Below the pieces are notes generated by a model, which worked only from the letters and a program-made list of their open reading frames with translations, was not told where the DNA came from and did not search any database. Of a stretch of 64,000 bases of DNA, positions 41,899 to 58,124 are shown piece by piece (positions within the stretch are counted from its first letter, which is position 1; each line of letters starts with the position of its first letter). Position numbers and translations under genes: made by a program. This stretch comes from Eledone cirrhosa (Eukaryota): contig OZ024747.1 of NCBI GenBank assembly GCA_964016885.1, positions 9,300,001 through 9,364,000 of the forward strand, in the 5' to 3' direction.

Positions 41899-42015
41899 TA
41901 TATATAATACATACATAAATATATATATAATACATACATACATATATATATACATATATAAATATATATATACATACATAAATATATATACATACATACA
42001 TATACATACATACAT

Positions 42016-42130
<115 letters not shown>

Positions 42131-42384
42131 CACACACATACATGCATACATATTATATATATATAGATGTATGCATGTATGTGTGTGTGTGTATATGTAT
42201 GTGTGCACGCTGAGAGAATGATATTAAAAACCACTGCTAAGTGTGTGCTACCTTCTTGTAACTGCTGTCACATGATAACAACGACAGGTCATGTGACTTA
42301 AGATGGAAGCCACAGAAAAATTGTAGATGACAATTGGCAGTGATAAGTTTTACTGGTTGTGTGTTAGTGTGTATTTGTGTGGTG

Positions 42385-42457
<73 letters not shown>

Positions 42458-42694
42458 GTGTGTTTCTGAGTTATTTTTTAACGTATGTCAGTGTGTGCTT
42501 TTGGGAGTGTTTGTCAGTGTGTGTGCGTGTGTGCATGTGTGTGTCTTTTGTGAGTGTGTGTGTGTGTGTGTGTGTGTGAACGTGTGTGTGTGTGTGTGTG
42601 TGTGAGTGTGTGAGTGTGTGTATGTGTGTGTGTGTGTGTGTGTGTATATGTGCGTGTGTGGTGTGTGTTTCTGAATTTTTTTATGTATGTCAGT

Positions 42695-43292
42695 GCGTGT
42701 TTGTCAGTGTATGTGTGTGTGCATGTGTTTGTCAGTGTATGTGTGTGTGTGCATGTGTTTGTCAGTGTATGTGTGTGTGCATGTGTTTGTCAGTGTATAT
42801 GTGTGTGTGCATGTGTTTGTCAGTGTGTGTGTGTGTGCATGTGTTTGTAAGTGTGTATGTGTGTGTGCATGTGTTTGTCAGTGTATGTGTGTGTGCATGT
42901 TTTTGTCAGTGTGTGTGTGTGTGCATGTGTTTGTCAGTGTGTGTGTGTGTGCATGTGTTTGTCAGTGTATGTGTGTGTGCATGTGTTTGTCAGTGTATGT
43001 GTGTGTACATGTGTTTGTCAGTGTATGTGTGTGTGCATGTTTTTGTCAGTGTGTGTGTGTGTGCATGTGTGTGTGTGTGCATGTGTTTGTCAGTGTATGT
43101 GTGTGTGCATGTGTTTGTCAGTGTATGTGTGTGTACATGTGTTTGTCAGTGTATGTGTGTGTGCATGTGTTTGTCAGTGTGTGTGTGTGTGCATGTGTTT
43201 GTCAGTGTGTGTGTGTGTGCATGTGTTTGTCAGTGTGTGTGTGTGCATGTGTTTGTCAGTGTGTGTGTGTGTGAGCATGTGTTTGTCAGTGT
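42695..43292. repeat. About 28-32 bp tandem repeat GCATGTGTTTGTCAGTGT(RT)n
   Basis: Direct inspection. Confidence 0.9.
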
Positions 43293-43669
43293 GTGCTTTT
43301 TTTTTTTTTACATGAGTGCAATGTTAGAAACGTTTTTATTATGTTTGTTGTTATTGTTGTTGTTATTAACATTATTGTTGTTGTTGTTGTTGTTGTTATT
43401 CAAGTTGCTGCAGATCTTTGCTCTTTTCTCCTCTGAATTTTCCATCATCATCATCAGTCCCATGAGTGTCGTCATCGACGTCAACATCATCATCAGCAAT
43501 ATCATCATCATCATCATAATCATTATGATGATGATGATGATGACGATGGTGGTGATGATGATTATCACCATCGTCAGCAGCAGTAGCAGCAGCTTTATCA
43601 TCATCATCATCATCATCACCATGAACGTGATCATCATCATCATCATCCTCGATATCATGATGATGATAG

Positions 43670-43701
<32 letters not shown>

Positions 43702-44334
43702 ATCATCATCGTCAACAGCAGCAGCAGTAGTAGCAGCAGCTTTATCATCATCATCATCATCATCATCATCATCGCCGTCGCCGTCATCACAGTCATCGCC
43801 ATCAGATATATGTTGTAGTTGTTGATGATGATATTATTGTTGTTGCTACTGTTGTTATTGTTGTTGTTGCTACTGTTGTTACTGCTGTGCTTATTACTGT
43901 TGTTGTTATTTTTGTTAATTAGCTGAAGGTCAGGTCTCACCCAGGCGTGACCATCCTGTCTTTTTCTAGTATTTACCTAGGACTGCATTATCTAATGTGC
44001 CTTTGTTTTGAAGATGTGTAGAGTATTATTGAAGAAATGTGGCTGCTATTTCTAGTAGGCTATACGACCACGAAGATACTTTCCTATTGTTGTTGGGGAC
44101 TACTAGCACGAAGTATCTCACAAAATGGGGTTTACATCGGGTAGAACGGTCAGAAATCAACAAAAACTATAAATGTAACAAATTTCCAGCAAGAAAAATT
44201 TCCTAACAAAGAGCAAGACTAACTAGAGTAAGTCGGGCCGAAAACCACACACCAAGTCCTAGATATCATCAAATACATGCATTGAACGTGCCCTCTCTCA
44301 GTCCATTTTCTTCCTAGCTTACAAAAGCACAATG

Positions 44335-44447
44335 AGTATAGACCCTTTCAAACCTCTGCTCTCACTCACCTTTCATGAAACACTCCTGAAGGGAGAACTC
44401 CTCTCTTCAGTCTCACTCTTCTCTTCATGTGGTACTTGAAGAAATTG
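44335..44447 (-). pseudogene. Possible L1/Tx1-like ORF2 C-terminal remnant
   Basis: Translates NFFKYHMKRRVRLKRGVLPSGVFHER*; recalled resemblance only, not searched. Confidence 0.35.
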
Positions 44448-44633
44448 TTTCTAGATTTGGCACAAGGCCAGAAATTATACCAGTGTATTACTGGTACTTT
44501 ATTTTATCGACCCTGTAAGGATGAAAGGCAAAGTTAACCTTGGCGGGATTTGAACTCAGTCCGTAAAGGGCCGTAACGCTTTGCTGCAAAGCATGGCGTC
44601 AGACCGTCTACCGATACTGCCAATCCACCGCCC
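44443..44633 (-). mobile_element. SINE family 1
   Basis: Family consensus. Confidence 0.9.
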
Positions 44634-44649
44634 TTAAGAAGAAATTAAT

Positions 44650-44718
44650 TGTTTCTACTTTTGGCACAAGGCCAGCAATTACCCAGTACATTACTGGTAC
44701 TTTATTTTATCGACTCCG
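44650..44718 (-). mobile_element. 5'-truncated SINE family 1 with 15-bp TSD
   Basis: TAAGAAGAAATTAAT at 44635-44649 and 44719-44733. Confidence 0.85.
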
Positions 44719-45159
44719 TAAGAAGAAATTAATGATAGTTTAATCGGAACAGGAAATTCCTGTCGTCGAATCTTTCATTTGTGTCCATCATACAATTTCT
44801 TTTACCATAGCCATACCCCGTAGAGAAAAACCTGTTGCCTTTCTTGCCAAATAAAGAAGGTGATAACATGTTCACTAAAGGTTCAGCTAACACCCGAATG
44901 CGTCCTAAATGCGATAACAGAAGTTCAGTAGAAAGCAAGTCTGTAATGCACGGACACTGAACGATAACGAGCAGGACGGTTTCGTCGCCATCTTGAGTAC
45001 ACCTCGGAGAGGTTTCAGTTGTTGGCACTTCACTGAATGTAGAGCTTGTCTTGAAGAGGAGAGAACCTGATATCTAGCAACCTAAATACCGGCAGAAGAA
45101 CAGCGAAATGTTGCTGCTACTGGTGATGATGATGGTTTCATACAGAGGCTAGAAAATCG

Positions 45160-47100
45160 GCAATAACAACAACAAGAGCAACAACAATAACAACAACCCT
45201 TACAGTATTAACAAGAATGATAATAACAACAACAATACCACGAATAACAATAACAACAACAACAACAATACCACGAAGAACAATAACAGCAACAACGAAA
45301 ATAAAATCAATAATAGAAACAACATCGATAATGTTATCAAAATCAATAATAACAACAATATTTTCAATAACAATTACAACTATAACGACAACAACAACTA
45401 TAACGACAACAACAACTGTAACGACAACAACAACTATAACGACAACAACAACTATAACGACAACAACAACTATAACGACAATAACGAGAACAATAACTAT
45501 AAAAACAACATTATGAAAAACAATAATAACAATCTCAGCACAACCTACCCTACCCCACCACCACGACCTCCACTATCAACAACATCAGCAGCACGACAAT
45601 CACCATTACCACGGCCACAACCACCACCATTACCACCGCCGCTACCACCACCATCAACAACAGCAACCACCACAACCACCACCACCACCACCACCACTAT
45701 CACCAACAGCAACAACAGCAGTAACCACAACCACCACCGCCACCACCACCATCAACAACAGCAACCACCACAACCACCACAACCACCACAACCACCACCT
45801 CCATCACCACAACCACCACCACCACCACCACCAACAGCAACAGTACCACCACCACCACCACCACCATCACGACCACCACCACCACCATCATCAACAACAA
45901 CAGTAACCACTACCACCACCGCCACCACCACCATCAACAACAGCAACCACCACCACAACCACCACATCCACCACCACCACCAACAGCAACAATACCACCA
46001 CCACCACCACCACCACCATCACGACCACCACCACCACCATCATCAACAACAACAGTAACCACTACCACCACCGCCACCACCACCATGAACAACAGCAACC
46101 ACCACCACAACCACCACAACCACCACCACCACCAACAGCAACAATACCACCACCATCACGACCACCACTATCACCATCATCAACAACAGCAGTAACCACT
46201 ACCACCACCGCCACCACCACCATCAACAACAGCAACCACCACAACCACCACAACCACCACCACCACCACCAACAACAGCAACAGTACCACCACCACCACC
46301 ACCACCACCACCATCACGACCATCACGACCACCACCACCACCACCACCACCATCATCAACAACAACAGTAACCACTACCACCACCGCCACCACCACCATC
46401 AACAACAGCAACCACCACAACCACCACCTCCATCACCACCACCACCACCACCACCACCACCACCACCATCACCACCACCACCACCACCACCACCAACAGC
46501 AACAGTACCACCACCACCACCACCACCACCACCACCATCACGACCACCACCACCACCACCACCACCACCACCATCACCACAACCACCACCACCAACAGCA
46601 ACAGTACCACCACAACCACCACCATCACGACCACCACCACCACCATCACCACCACCACCACCACCACCATCACCACCACCACCATCACCACCACCACCAC
46701 CACCATCACCACCACCACCACCACCACCACCAACAGCAACAGTACCACCACCACCACCACCACCACCACCACCACCAACAGCAACAGTACCACCACCACC
46801 ACCACCACCACCACCACCATCACCACAACCACCACCACCACCACCAACAGCAACAGTACCACCACAACCACCACCATCACGACCACCACCACCACCATCA
46901 CCACCACCACCACCACCACCATCACCACCACCACCATCACCACCACCACCACCATCACCACCACCACCACCACCACCACCACCAACAGCAACAGTACCAC
47001 CACCACCACCACCACCACCACCACCAACAACAGCAACAGTACCACCACCACCACCACCACCACCACCATCACGACCACCACCACCACCACCATCGTCAAC
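45160..47100. repeat. AAC/ACC trinucleotide-derived higher-order repeat
   Basis: Anchors AACAGCAACAGTACC and CCATCACGACC recur. Confidence 0.9.
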
Positions 47101-47179
47101 AACAACCAATGACCTGCTTCACTTGAAAACAAAATATTGAAGTTTTGCTACGAGGAGAAAAACATTTGACTGGACACGT

Positions 47180-47312
47180 GTGGCGGCCATTGTTGGTTGT
47201 GTGAGTGTAGTGTTGTTGTATGTATGTATGTGTGTGTCTATGTATGTGTATGTGTGTGTGTGTGTGTATGGCGGCCATTGTTTGTTGTGTGAGTGTAGTG
47301 TTGTTGTATGTA

Positions 47313-47356
<44 letters not shown>

Positions 47357-47620
47357 GGCCATTGTTGGTTGTGTGAGTGTAGTGTTGTTGTATGTATGTA
47401 TGTGTGTGTCTATGTATGTGTATGTGTGTGTGTGTGTGTGTGGCGGCCATTGTTGGTTGTGTGTGTGTAGTGTTGTATGTATGTATGTGTGTGTCTATGT
47501 ATGTGTCTATGTATGTGTATGTGTGTGTGTGTGTGTGTGGCGGCTATTGTTGGTTGTGTGAGTGTAGTGTTGTTGTATGTATGTGTGTGTGTGTGTGTGT
47601 GGCGGCCATTGTTGGTTGTG
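47180..47620. repeat. Variable tandem repeat anchored on GGCGGCCATTGTTGGTTGTGTG
   Basis: About six anchors. Confidence 0.85.
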
Positions 47621-47776
47621 TCAATGTTGTAAATGTAATGTCGTTGTATGTGTGTGCTCGTGTTTATGTGAGAGTGTGTGTGTGTGCCTATACGATTGTC
47701 GATATTGTTAGACGAAGACTAGAGTGTGTGTTTGACGGGGGTTATTGTTGTTGGTGTAAGAAGACTAATGTTGGTG

Positions 47777-47808
<32 letters not shown>

Positions 47809-48053
47809 TGTATGTATGTATGTATGTATGTATGTATGTATGTATGTATGTGTGTATATATATGTGACAGGGGTCATTGTCGCTGCTTGTGTGTGACTGG
47901 TGTTGGTGTATATGTATGTATGTGTGTGCGTATGTATGTATGTATGTATGTATGTATGTATGTATGTATGTATGTGTATGTCTGATGGGGGTCATTGTTG
48001 TTGCTTGTGTGTTTGACTGGTGTTGGTCTTTATATATATATATGTGTGTGTGT

Positions 48054-48096
<43 letters not shown>

Positions 48097-48214
48097 TAGA
48101 TATGTGAATGTGTACATTGATGTGTGTGTGTGTGATGTAGCTTCTTGGTTATAACAACTATTTCTGTACTCAAAACCTTTTACATACAACTATCTTTCTT
48201 TGAAGACTGACTAG

Positions 48215-49110
48215 TGTGGTGTTGTTGTTGTTGTGGTGGTGGTGGTGTTGTTGTTGTTGTTGTTGTTGTGGTGGTGGTGGTGGTGGTGGTGGTGGTGGTG
48301 GTGGTGGTGGTGGTGGTGGTGGTGCTGGGGGAGGTAGTGGTAGTACTGGTGGTGGTGGTGATGGTTGTGGTGGTGGTGGAGGTGGAGGTGGTGGTGGTGG
48401 TGGTGGTAGTGGTTGTGCTGAGGAGGTAGTGGTAGTACTGGTGGTGGTTGTGGAGGTGGTAGTGGAGGTGGAGGTGGTGGTTGTGGTGGTGGTAGTGGAG
48501 GTGGAGGTGGTGGTGGTGGTTGTGGTGGTGGTAGTGGTGGTGGTAGTGGAGGTGGAGGTGGTGGTGGTGGTTGTGCTGGGGGAGGTTGTGGTAGTACTGG
48601 TGGTGGTGATGGTTGTGGTGGTGGTAGTAGAGGTGGAGGTGGTGGTGGTGGTTGTAGTGGTGGTAGTGGAGGTGGAGGTGGTGGTGGTGGTGGTTGTGCT
48701 GGGGGAGGTAGTGGTAGTACTGGTGGTGGTGATGGTTGTGGTGGTGGTAGTGGAGGTGGAGGTGGTGGTGGTGGTTGTGCTGGGGAGGTAGTGGTAGTAC
48801 TGGTGGTGGTTGTGGTGGTGGTAGTGGAGGTGAAGTTGGTGGTGATGGTTGTGGTGGTGGTAGTGGAGGTGGAGGAGGTGGTGGTGGTTGTGCTGGGGAG
48901 GTAGTGGTAGTACTGGTGGTGGTGATGGTTGTGGAGGTGGAGGTGGTAGTGGTGGTTGTGCTGGGGAGGTAGTGGTAGTACTGGTGGTGGTTGTGGTGGT
49001 GGTAGTGGAGGTGAAGTTGGTGGTGGTGGTTGTGGTGGAGGTGAAGTTGGTGGTGGTGGTTGTGGTGGTGGTAGTGGATGTGGAGGTGGTGGTGGTGATG
49101 GTTGTGGTAG
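48215..49110. repeat. (GGT)n-derived repeat with GCTGGGGAGGTAGTGGTAGTACT anchors
   Basis: Direct inspection. Confidence 0.9.
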
Positions 49111-49763
49111 CACTATTTATAAAGGTAATAGAGGCTGTATTGCTGTAGTTGTGGTGGTAGTGTTGGTAGCCGTAGTCTTAAGGGTGATGATGATGATGAT
49201 GATGATGATGATTATTATTATCTGATGTTGATGTGGGTACCTTGTTGAAAGTGGTGATAGAAACTGTAGTGGCGGAAGTTATAATAGTGATGGTGGTGAT
49301 AACGATGATGATGATGATGGTGGTGTTGGTGCTGAAGGTAATGGTGGTGGTGGTGGTGTTGGTGGTGTTGGTGCTGAGGGTAATGGTGGTCGTGGTGTGT
49401 TTCTGGACATGCTGGATGTAAAGAGGCAGTGCTTGGCCAGCCAAGAGGCCTATACACGTGCTAGTGTTGTCGGCCGACGTCCGTTCGTTTAGCAACCAGT
49501 AAATAGAAATAATCACATATTATTCTGTTACACTCGAAAATTGAGTGTCCACCCCGTGTCCAAAATGACCACTAAACTCAATGGAGACAGTGATTACTTC
49601 AGTAAGAGGGTGTCCAACTGACCAATTGCTCAATATGTTGTAGTGTCCACTTGAATTAGTGGATGTCACTGCGATCAACTGGTCAATAAGTAACAGTCTA
49701 TTTTTCATTCCCTTCAATCTATTCTCTGACCTCCTAGTAGACAAATGGCCACAGTACCCAACT

Positions 49764-49847
<84 letters not shown>

Positions 49848-49856
49848 GTATATAAA

Positions 49857-50045
49857 ATAATTGTTTCTACTTTAGGCACAAGGCCAGCAATTACCCAGTA
49901 CATTTCTGGTACTTTATTTTATCGACCCCGTAAGGATGAAAGGCAAAGTTAATCTCGGCGGGATTTGAACTCAGACTGTAAAGGGACGTAACTATGCTAG
50001 AAAGCATGGCGTCCAACCCTCTACCGATACTGCCAATTCACCGCG
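49857..50045 (-). mobile_element. SINE family 1
   Basis: Family consensus. Confidence 0.9.
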
Positions 50046-50284
50046 ATTGTATATAAAATAATAGTTTTGATCAATACACAAAATATCGATCATATTGCCT
50101 GGCAATCGCATGAGCCAACAAGAATGCTAAAAATAGCTCCTAGTTAGGTCAGCTCAACTAAAATTATAAATATTAGGAACAAAAATACAATAATATATCA
50201 TCAGTTGATTATACATATATATATATATATATATGACTTTAACAGGACTAGAACTGTTTCATTCGTATGAAATAATCAGGAAAA

Positions 50285-50324
<40 letters not shown>

Positions 50325-50325
<1 letters not shown>

Positions 50326-50515
50326 CGAAGGAAAAGTGGTAAGGAACCAGGTGGACCATAACGCACCAAAGTACTCAATACTTAGGGTAGTAGAGTGGGT
50401 AATAGGAACAAGTAAGACCCCGACGGCTGAGCTCAAGCCGTTTCGACGGCTAATTCTAGAGAATTAGCCGTAGAAACGGCTTGAGCTCAGCCGTCGGGGT
50501 CTTACTTGTTCCTAT
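50325..50515 (-). mobile_element. (TA)n island family A with 56-bp-arm palindrome (50402-50457 / 50460-50515)
   Basis: Family match; preceded by a family H fragment at 50242-50287. Confidence 0.9.
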
Positions 50516-50584
50516 ATATATATATATGTATGTGTGTGTTTGTGTGTGAGAATATGCGTGAGAGTGTATGTACGCGCGGATATG

Positions 50585-50634
<50 letters not shown>

Positions 50635-50663
50635 CCCGCGCGTACATACACACACACACGCAT

Positions 50664-50805
<142 letters not shown>

Positions 50806-51549
50806 GAGACACACACATATATGAAAGTAAGTACTGAATGATGAGTGTGTGTTGCTGAAAGTAAATGTGTTACATCCTCCCAGTGAAAGATGACATGGGT
50901 ACAGTCACCGTCTGGCAGACTTACCACTAAACACTAATACATTCCATTTACTATGGCGTATATCCTGTATTGCCGTCACATACACCTCCTAACAACGACC
51001 TGAATTTTCTATGCGCCAATATCGTTCTAATATCTGAGTTCAAATTTCATCATGGTTAACGTGATCTTTCATCCACCCGGGGTCGATAAGTCCAAGAATT
51101 TATACGAAGCTAAGGAATCACTCCGTCGCTCTTTGGAGTTTCTCGGTAGTTGCTATCCTTTGGGTGACAACAAAAGAGAAAGATGCATATTTATATATAT
51201 ATAAAACATGAGAAGAATGAAGAATACTGCGTGGTTTGCACATGGGTTACATGTGATAAAAATAGTCCTTCGTCAGTGATTTTCCAACCATCATTGGTAT
51301 TTCATCGCATTAAAAATCAGATACCTCAGGTTGGTGCGAGCAATAACTAAAACAAGTTATTGGGACCAGAATTCGCGTAAGGCGAGGGGGACAAGTAGAC
51401 AACATAGAAGGATAAAAGCAAACCGAAGATAGGAAAATAAACAAGCAACATGGTTGTCCGGTCAGCGTAAACTGGGTGGATTTCATGAGCGAGAGAGGTA
51501 CAGAGCGTGTTGATGTGTGTGAGATGTGAGCAAGAAGAGACCCACACAA

Positions 51550-51662
<113 letters not shown>

Positions 51663-51694
51663 GAACTTGTTACACAACAGTTAGTTCACCATAG

Positions 51695-51732
51695 CGAGAA
51701 CAATTGTTTCACGTTAGCGGATCCTCAGCTCG
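51695..51732 (-). ncRNA. Minimal type I hammerhead motif, family I
   Basis: CGAG-CTGAGGA-tccgctaacgt-GAAA-CAATTG-TT-CTCG; palindromic ACAATTGT stem III. Confidence 0.65.
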
Positions 51733-51757
51733 TCCCATGGACTGAGTGCTCTACCAC

Positions 51758-51784
51758 TACGGATATTACCTTCCAGTGTTCTAC

Positions 51785-51826
<42 letters not shown>

Positions 51827-51853
51827 GTAGAACACTGGAAGGTAATATCCGTA
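51758..51853. repeat. 96-bp perfect palindrome centred on (TA)n
   Basis: TACGGATATTACCTTCCAGTGTTCTACCAC-(TA)n-GTGGTAGAACACTGGAAGGTAATATCCGTA. Confidence 0.9.
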
Positions 51854-51875
51854 TATATATATATATGTGTGTGTA

Positions 51876-51932
<57 letters not shown>

Positions 51933-52056
51933 GAGAGAGATAGTGTGTGTGTATCCCGGGTTCTATCGGGGGGTAACCACAGCAAGTAAGGTACTCAATA
52001 CATAGCAGAGTATAAATATTTATATCATTTGCAGGAAATCACCAGGAAATCATCAG

Positions 52057-52108
52057 GGCTTTCCTGATGATTTCCTCCGAATGAAACAGTTCTAGTCCTG
52101 TAGAAGCC
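52057..52108 (+). ncRNA. Type I hammerhead motif, family H
   Basis: GGCTTTC-CTGATGA-tTTC ctcc GAAt-GAAA-CAG ttctagtc CTG-TA-GAAGCC; GUA triplet. Confidence 0.7.
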
Positions 52109-52139
52109 ATTTCTATATTAAATATATATATATATATAC

Positions 52140-53180
<1,041 letters not shown>

Positions 53181-53292
53181 TACATACATACATACATACA
53201 TACATACATACATACAACTTCATATAAATACAAACACACGCGTACACATATCTGATGCATGCGTACGTAATAACATCCATATATATATATAA

Positions 53293-53375
<83 letters not shown>

Positions 53376-53376
<1 letters not shown>

Positions 53377-53502
53377 CGAAGGAAGTGTGGCAAGGAACCA
53401 GATGGACCATAACAAACCAGAGTACTCAATACTTAGGGTAGTAAAGTGGGTAATAGGAGAAAGTATGACCCCGACGGCAGAGCTCAAGCCATTTCGACGG
53501 CT
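53376..53502 (-). mobile_element. (TA)n island family A, single arm
   Basis: Family match, no inverted arm. Confidence 0.85.
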
Positions 53503-53521
53503 CTCTCTCTCTCTCTATATA

Positions 53522-53610
<89 letters not shown>

Positions 53611-53636
53611 TATATATCCATACATATATATATATC

Positions 53637-53679
<43 letters not shown>

Positions 53680-53700
53680 TATATATCCATACATATATAT

Positions 53701-53777
<77 letters not shown>

Positions 53778-53794
53778 TATACATACATATATAT

Positions 53795-53867
<73 letters not shown>

Positions 53868-53868
53868 T

Positions 53869-53952
<84 letters not shown>

Positions 53953-53978
53953 TATATATCCATACATATATATATATC

Positions 53979-54017
<39 letters not shown>

Positions 54018-54038
54018 TATATATCCATACATATATAT

Positions 54039-54077
<39 letters not shown>

Positions 54078-54088
54078 TATACATACAT

Positions 54089-54122
<34 letters not shown>

Positions 54123-54447
54123 ACATATATATCCGCACACACGCACTCACAGACGCATACATATATACATAATGATCAATGTATATGTGTATACGCTCAT
54201 ATACTGACATACACATAACAACACTCACACAAAAAGAGACACACTTACACATAATGATATACACATACAAGTTCTAGGCATGCTTACATACACACGCACA
54301 CACACACACACATGCATATAAGCAAATGCACATTACTATCATTTACACACGTAATAATATAGTTTAACACTTACACACACCCATGTATATAATATATATA
54401 TATATACACACCTACACCTACATACATATATACATACACATATATAA

Positions 54448-54487
<40 letters not shown>

Positions 54488-54550
54488 ACACCTACATATA
54501 GACATATATACATACACATATATAAATGTATATATATATATATGTATATA

Positions 54551-54583
<33 letters not shown>

Positions 54584-54605
54584 GATATACATACATACAT
54601 ATATA

Positions 54606-54691
<86 letters not shown>

Positions 54692-54791
54692 CATATATAC
54701 ATACATATATATATGCATATATATATATATGCATATGTGTGTATGTGTGTATTTATATATGTGTTTGTGTCTATACAATATGTATGTATCA

Positions 54792-54841
<50 letters not shown>

Positions 54842-55334
54842 ATACAGAAAACAGACTCATACACACACACATATATGCTCTGACACATGCAGGGGGGAAA
54901 AAGCTTTAAATATCCTGTTTGGCTGTCTGACAGCGGCAAAGCAACGCAGTCAGCCAGTGAACGCGGCCGATGTCGTGTAAGTGGGACCAATGAAGCACTA
55001 CACCGTCTGTAAGTGAAATAGACTTCTCACTTATCTCCGCCTCTTTACAGTCGAACAGCGGACACACCTCTTGTCTCTTTAGAATAAGTGAGGATATAAA
55101 CACTGGACAAGCAGGTTGGCAGGCTGTCTGGCTGGCAAGACAGGCGGTTCGTTTCATTTTGTACACATACACACACACAGACACACACACACACACACAC
55201 ACTGCCTTACACACAGCCTCACATACACACAGGCTCACATACATACATACATACATACATACATACATACATACATACATACATACATACATACATACAC
55301 ATACATACATATACGTACATACGTGTATATATTC

Positions 55335-55370
<36 letters not shown>

Positions 55371-55920
55371 AGAGTGATACACACGGACTCACGTATAATA
55401 TATATATATATATGTATATATGTATATATATATTATATATATATATATTTATATATAAATACACCCACCCCCCACACACACCACACATATGTATATTATA
55501 TATGCATATGTATAGATAGATACATAGATCCATAGTGAGAGAGAGAGAGAGAGAGAGAGAGTGAGAGCGAGAGAGAGAGAGAGAGAGAAAGAAAGATGGG
55601 TGGTGAGGAATGTTTATCGTTTGGAAGATAACCAGCAACTCCCACAACAACAACATCACCATCATCATCACCACCACCAACATCACCACCATCATCACCA
55701 TCATCATCATCATCGTTATTGTTATTGTTAACATTAACCGCCAGGAGAAAATTAATGATAATATTTATGATAATAAAATAACAACTGTAACAACAACAAC
55801 AACAACAACAACAACAAGAACTACAAAAGGAACAATAACAACAACAACAACAACAACAGCAATTGGAAAATATAGGAACAACTATTGTTTTAATTTAAAA
55901 AAAATATATAATTTTATATA

Positions 55921-55990
<70 letters not shown>

Positions 55991-56159
55991 TATAATTATA
56001 ATAATAAAAAAAGTCAACATAAAAATCACCAAACACATAAAAAAATATACACACACGTGTACATACATACACGCACACATACATATGTATATGTATGCAT
56101 ACACACACACAAAGAAACAAACATACACACACACACACACAGACACACACATACACACA

Positions 56160-56351
56160 CACATACACACAAGTTACCAACCCCGGACACCGCAGATAAA
56201 CACATACACACAGAAGGTCATATATAAAACGTAAATACAAACACACAAACATACACACACACACACAGACACACACATACACACAAGTTACCAACCCCGG
56301 ACGCCGCAGATAAACACATACACACAGAAGGTCATATATAAAACGTAAATA

Positions 56352-56360
<9 letters not shown>
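56160..56360. repeat. About 115-120 bp tandem duplication
   Basis: CAAGTTACCAACCCCGGAC...AAACGTAAATACAAAC occurs twice. Confidence 0.85.
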
Positions 56361-56409
<49 letters not shown>

Positions 56410-56851
56410 CATACACATATACACACACACACATATACCAAGATACTGGATCAACGCCACCGCACCATCAGCACAACGCCATCACCACCACTGTCATCAT
56501 CAATATGACAGCTGACTTTATTTTCCCGCCATGTGCGGAAGGCACTGACTCAAACGAAATCAAGTAAGTTTGTTTACCTTTTGTTGTTGATGTTCTCGTT
56601 GCTGTCGTTGATAACTTTGTAGGTTCAAATCATGTTGAGATAAATTTTATATTTTCTTCCTCTGTGGTTCAACCAAATTAATTTTAAAAAATCATACCAG
56701 TAAAATACTGGGGTTTCAGGTAATCAACTGTTCCAGATACAGATAGATTGAATGTTTGACTGGATATATATATGTGTATATATATGTATATATATAGATA
56801 TATATATATATATAGATATATATAGATATATAGATATATATATATATATAG

Positions 56852-56892
<41 letters not shown>

Positions 56893-56971
56893 GATATATA
56901 TATATAGATATATATACATATATATATATAGGCACATATATATAGGCACATATATATAGGCACATATATAG

Positions 56972-57017
<46 letters not shown>

Positions 57018-57125
57018 CATATGTATGCATATATGTGTGTATATAGGTTGTATATTATTATACTGTAATACGTCATTTATACACTGTTGGATATTGGGTT
57101 TGCCCTTGTGGCAGATATAGAAACC

Positions 57126-57167
<42 letters not shown>

Positions 57168-57172
<5 letters not shown>

Positions 57173-57333
57173 TGTCCCAAGGCTCTGATATCATCAACAC
57201 TATAAACACAGAGCTGGTATATCTAAGAACTGACTAACTGCCTGATGAGGTCATAGCCATTCAATGGCTATCATCGAAATATATATAGCAGTAAATAAAG
57301 GATTATGAGTTCATGCAATTGACTTATGTTTCG

Positions 57334-57338
<5 letters not shown>
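57168..57338 (+). mobile_element. (TA)n island family C
   Basis: Same boundaries as the inverted copy at 7264-7433. Confidence 0.85.
57237..57292 (+). ncRNA. Canonical type I hammerhead ribozyme, family C
   Basis: ACTGC-CTGATGA-GgtcATAGCCAT tca ATGGCTATcatC-GAAA-TATATA-TA-GCAGT; intact core with G-C closing stem II. Confidence 0.85.
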
Positions 57339-57383
<45 letters not shown>

Positions 57384-57463
57384 CTCTACGGTTCTTATAT
57401 ATTTGATATATATTTATCCTTATCGAGCTCTCTTTGGATTTTAGTCTTCAAATTTATTATTAT

Positions 57464-57535
<72 letters not shown>

Positions 57536-57540
<5 letters not shown>

Positions 57541-57700
57541 AACGAGTAGGACCCCGACGGCTGAGCTCAAGCCGTTGGTCGAAACGGCTTGAGCTCAGCC
57601 GTCGGGGTCCTACTCGTTCCTATTACCCACTCTACTACCCTAAGTATTGAGTACTTTGGTGCGTTATGGTCCACCTGGTTCCTTACCACATTTCCTTCGT
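57536..57700 (+). mobile_element. (TA)n island family A with 41-bp-arm palindrome (57536-57576 / 57583-57623)
   Basis: Family match. Confidence 0.9.
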
Positions 57701-57720
57701 TATATATATATATATATATA

Positions 57721-57795
<75 letters not shown>

Positions 57796-57832
57796 CTATA
57801 TATATATATATATATAATTATATATATATATA

Positions 57833-57889
<57 letters not shown>

Positions 57890-58041
57890 AGGGAGTGTAA
57901 CTTGGAGTTACTGTAGGTTCACCCGAGTGAGCACTCGATGTTTAGGCTCACTTCAGTGTCGAGGTGAGCTAGACAGAGTGTATTATAGGGAAATAAAATA
58001 AGAAGGACGACTGGTTACTCCTTCATTACGTTTATTGGTTG

Positions 58042-58124
58042 GTGACACGCGTTTCGCCACTGATCAGCTCAATGTTCGATCTTCCTCGATCTAGCCCGAT
58101 TCTGTAATCCGCGGTTCGTCAGAC
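58042..58124 (-). ncRNA. Penelope-type hammerhead-like core (family J) in TA-flanked island 57888-58130
   Basis: CTGACGA...GAAACGCGTGTC; stems I and II weak. Confidence 0.45.
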
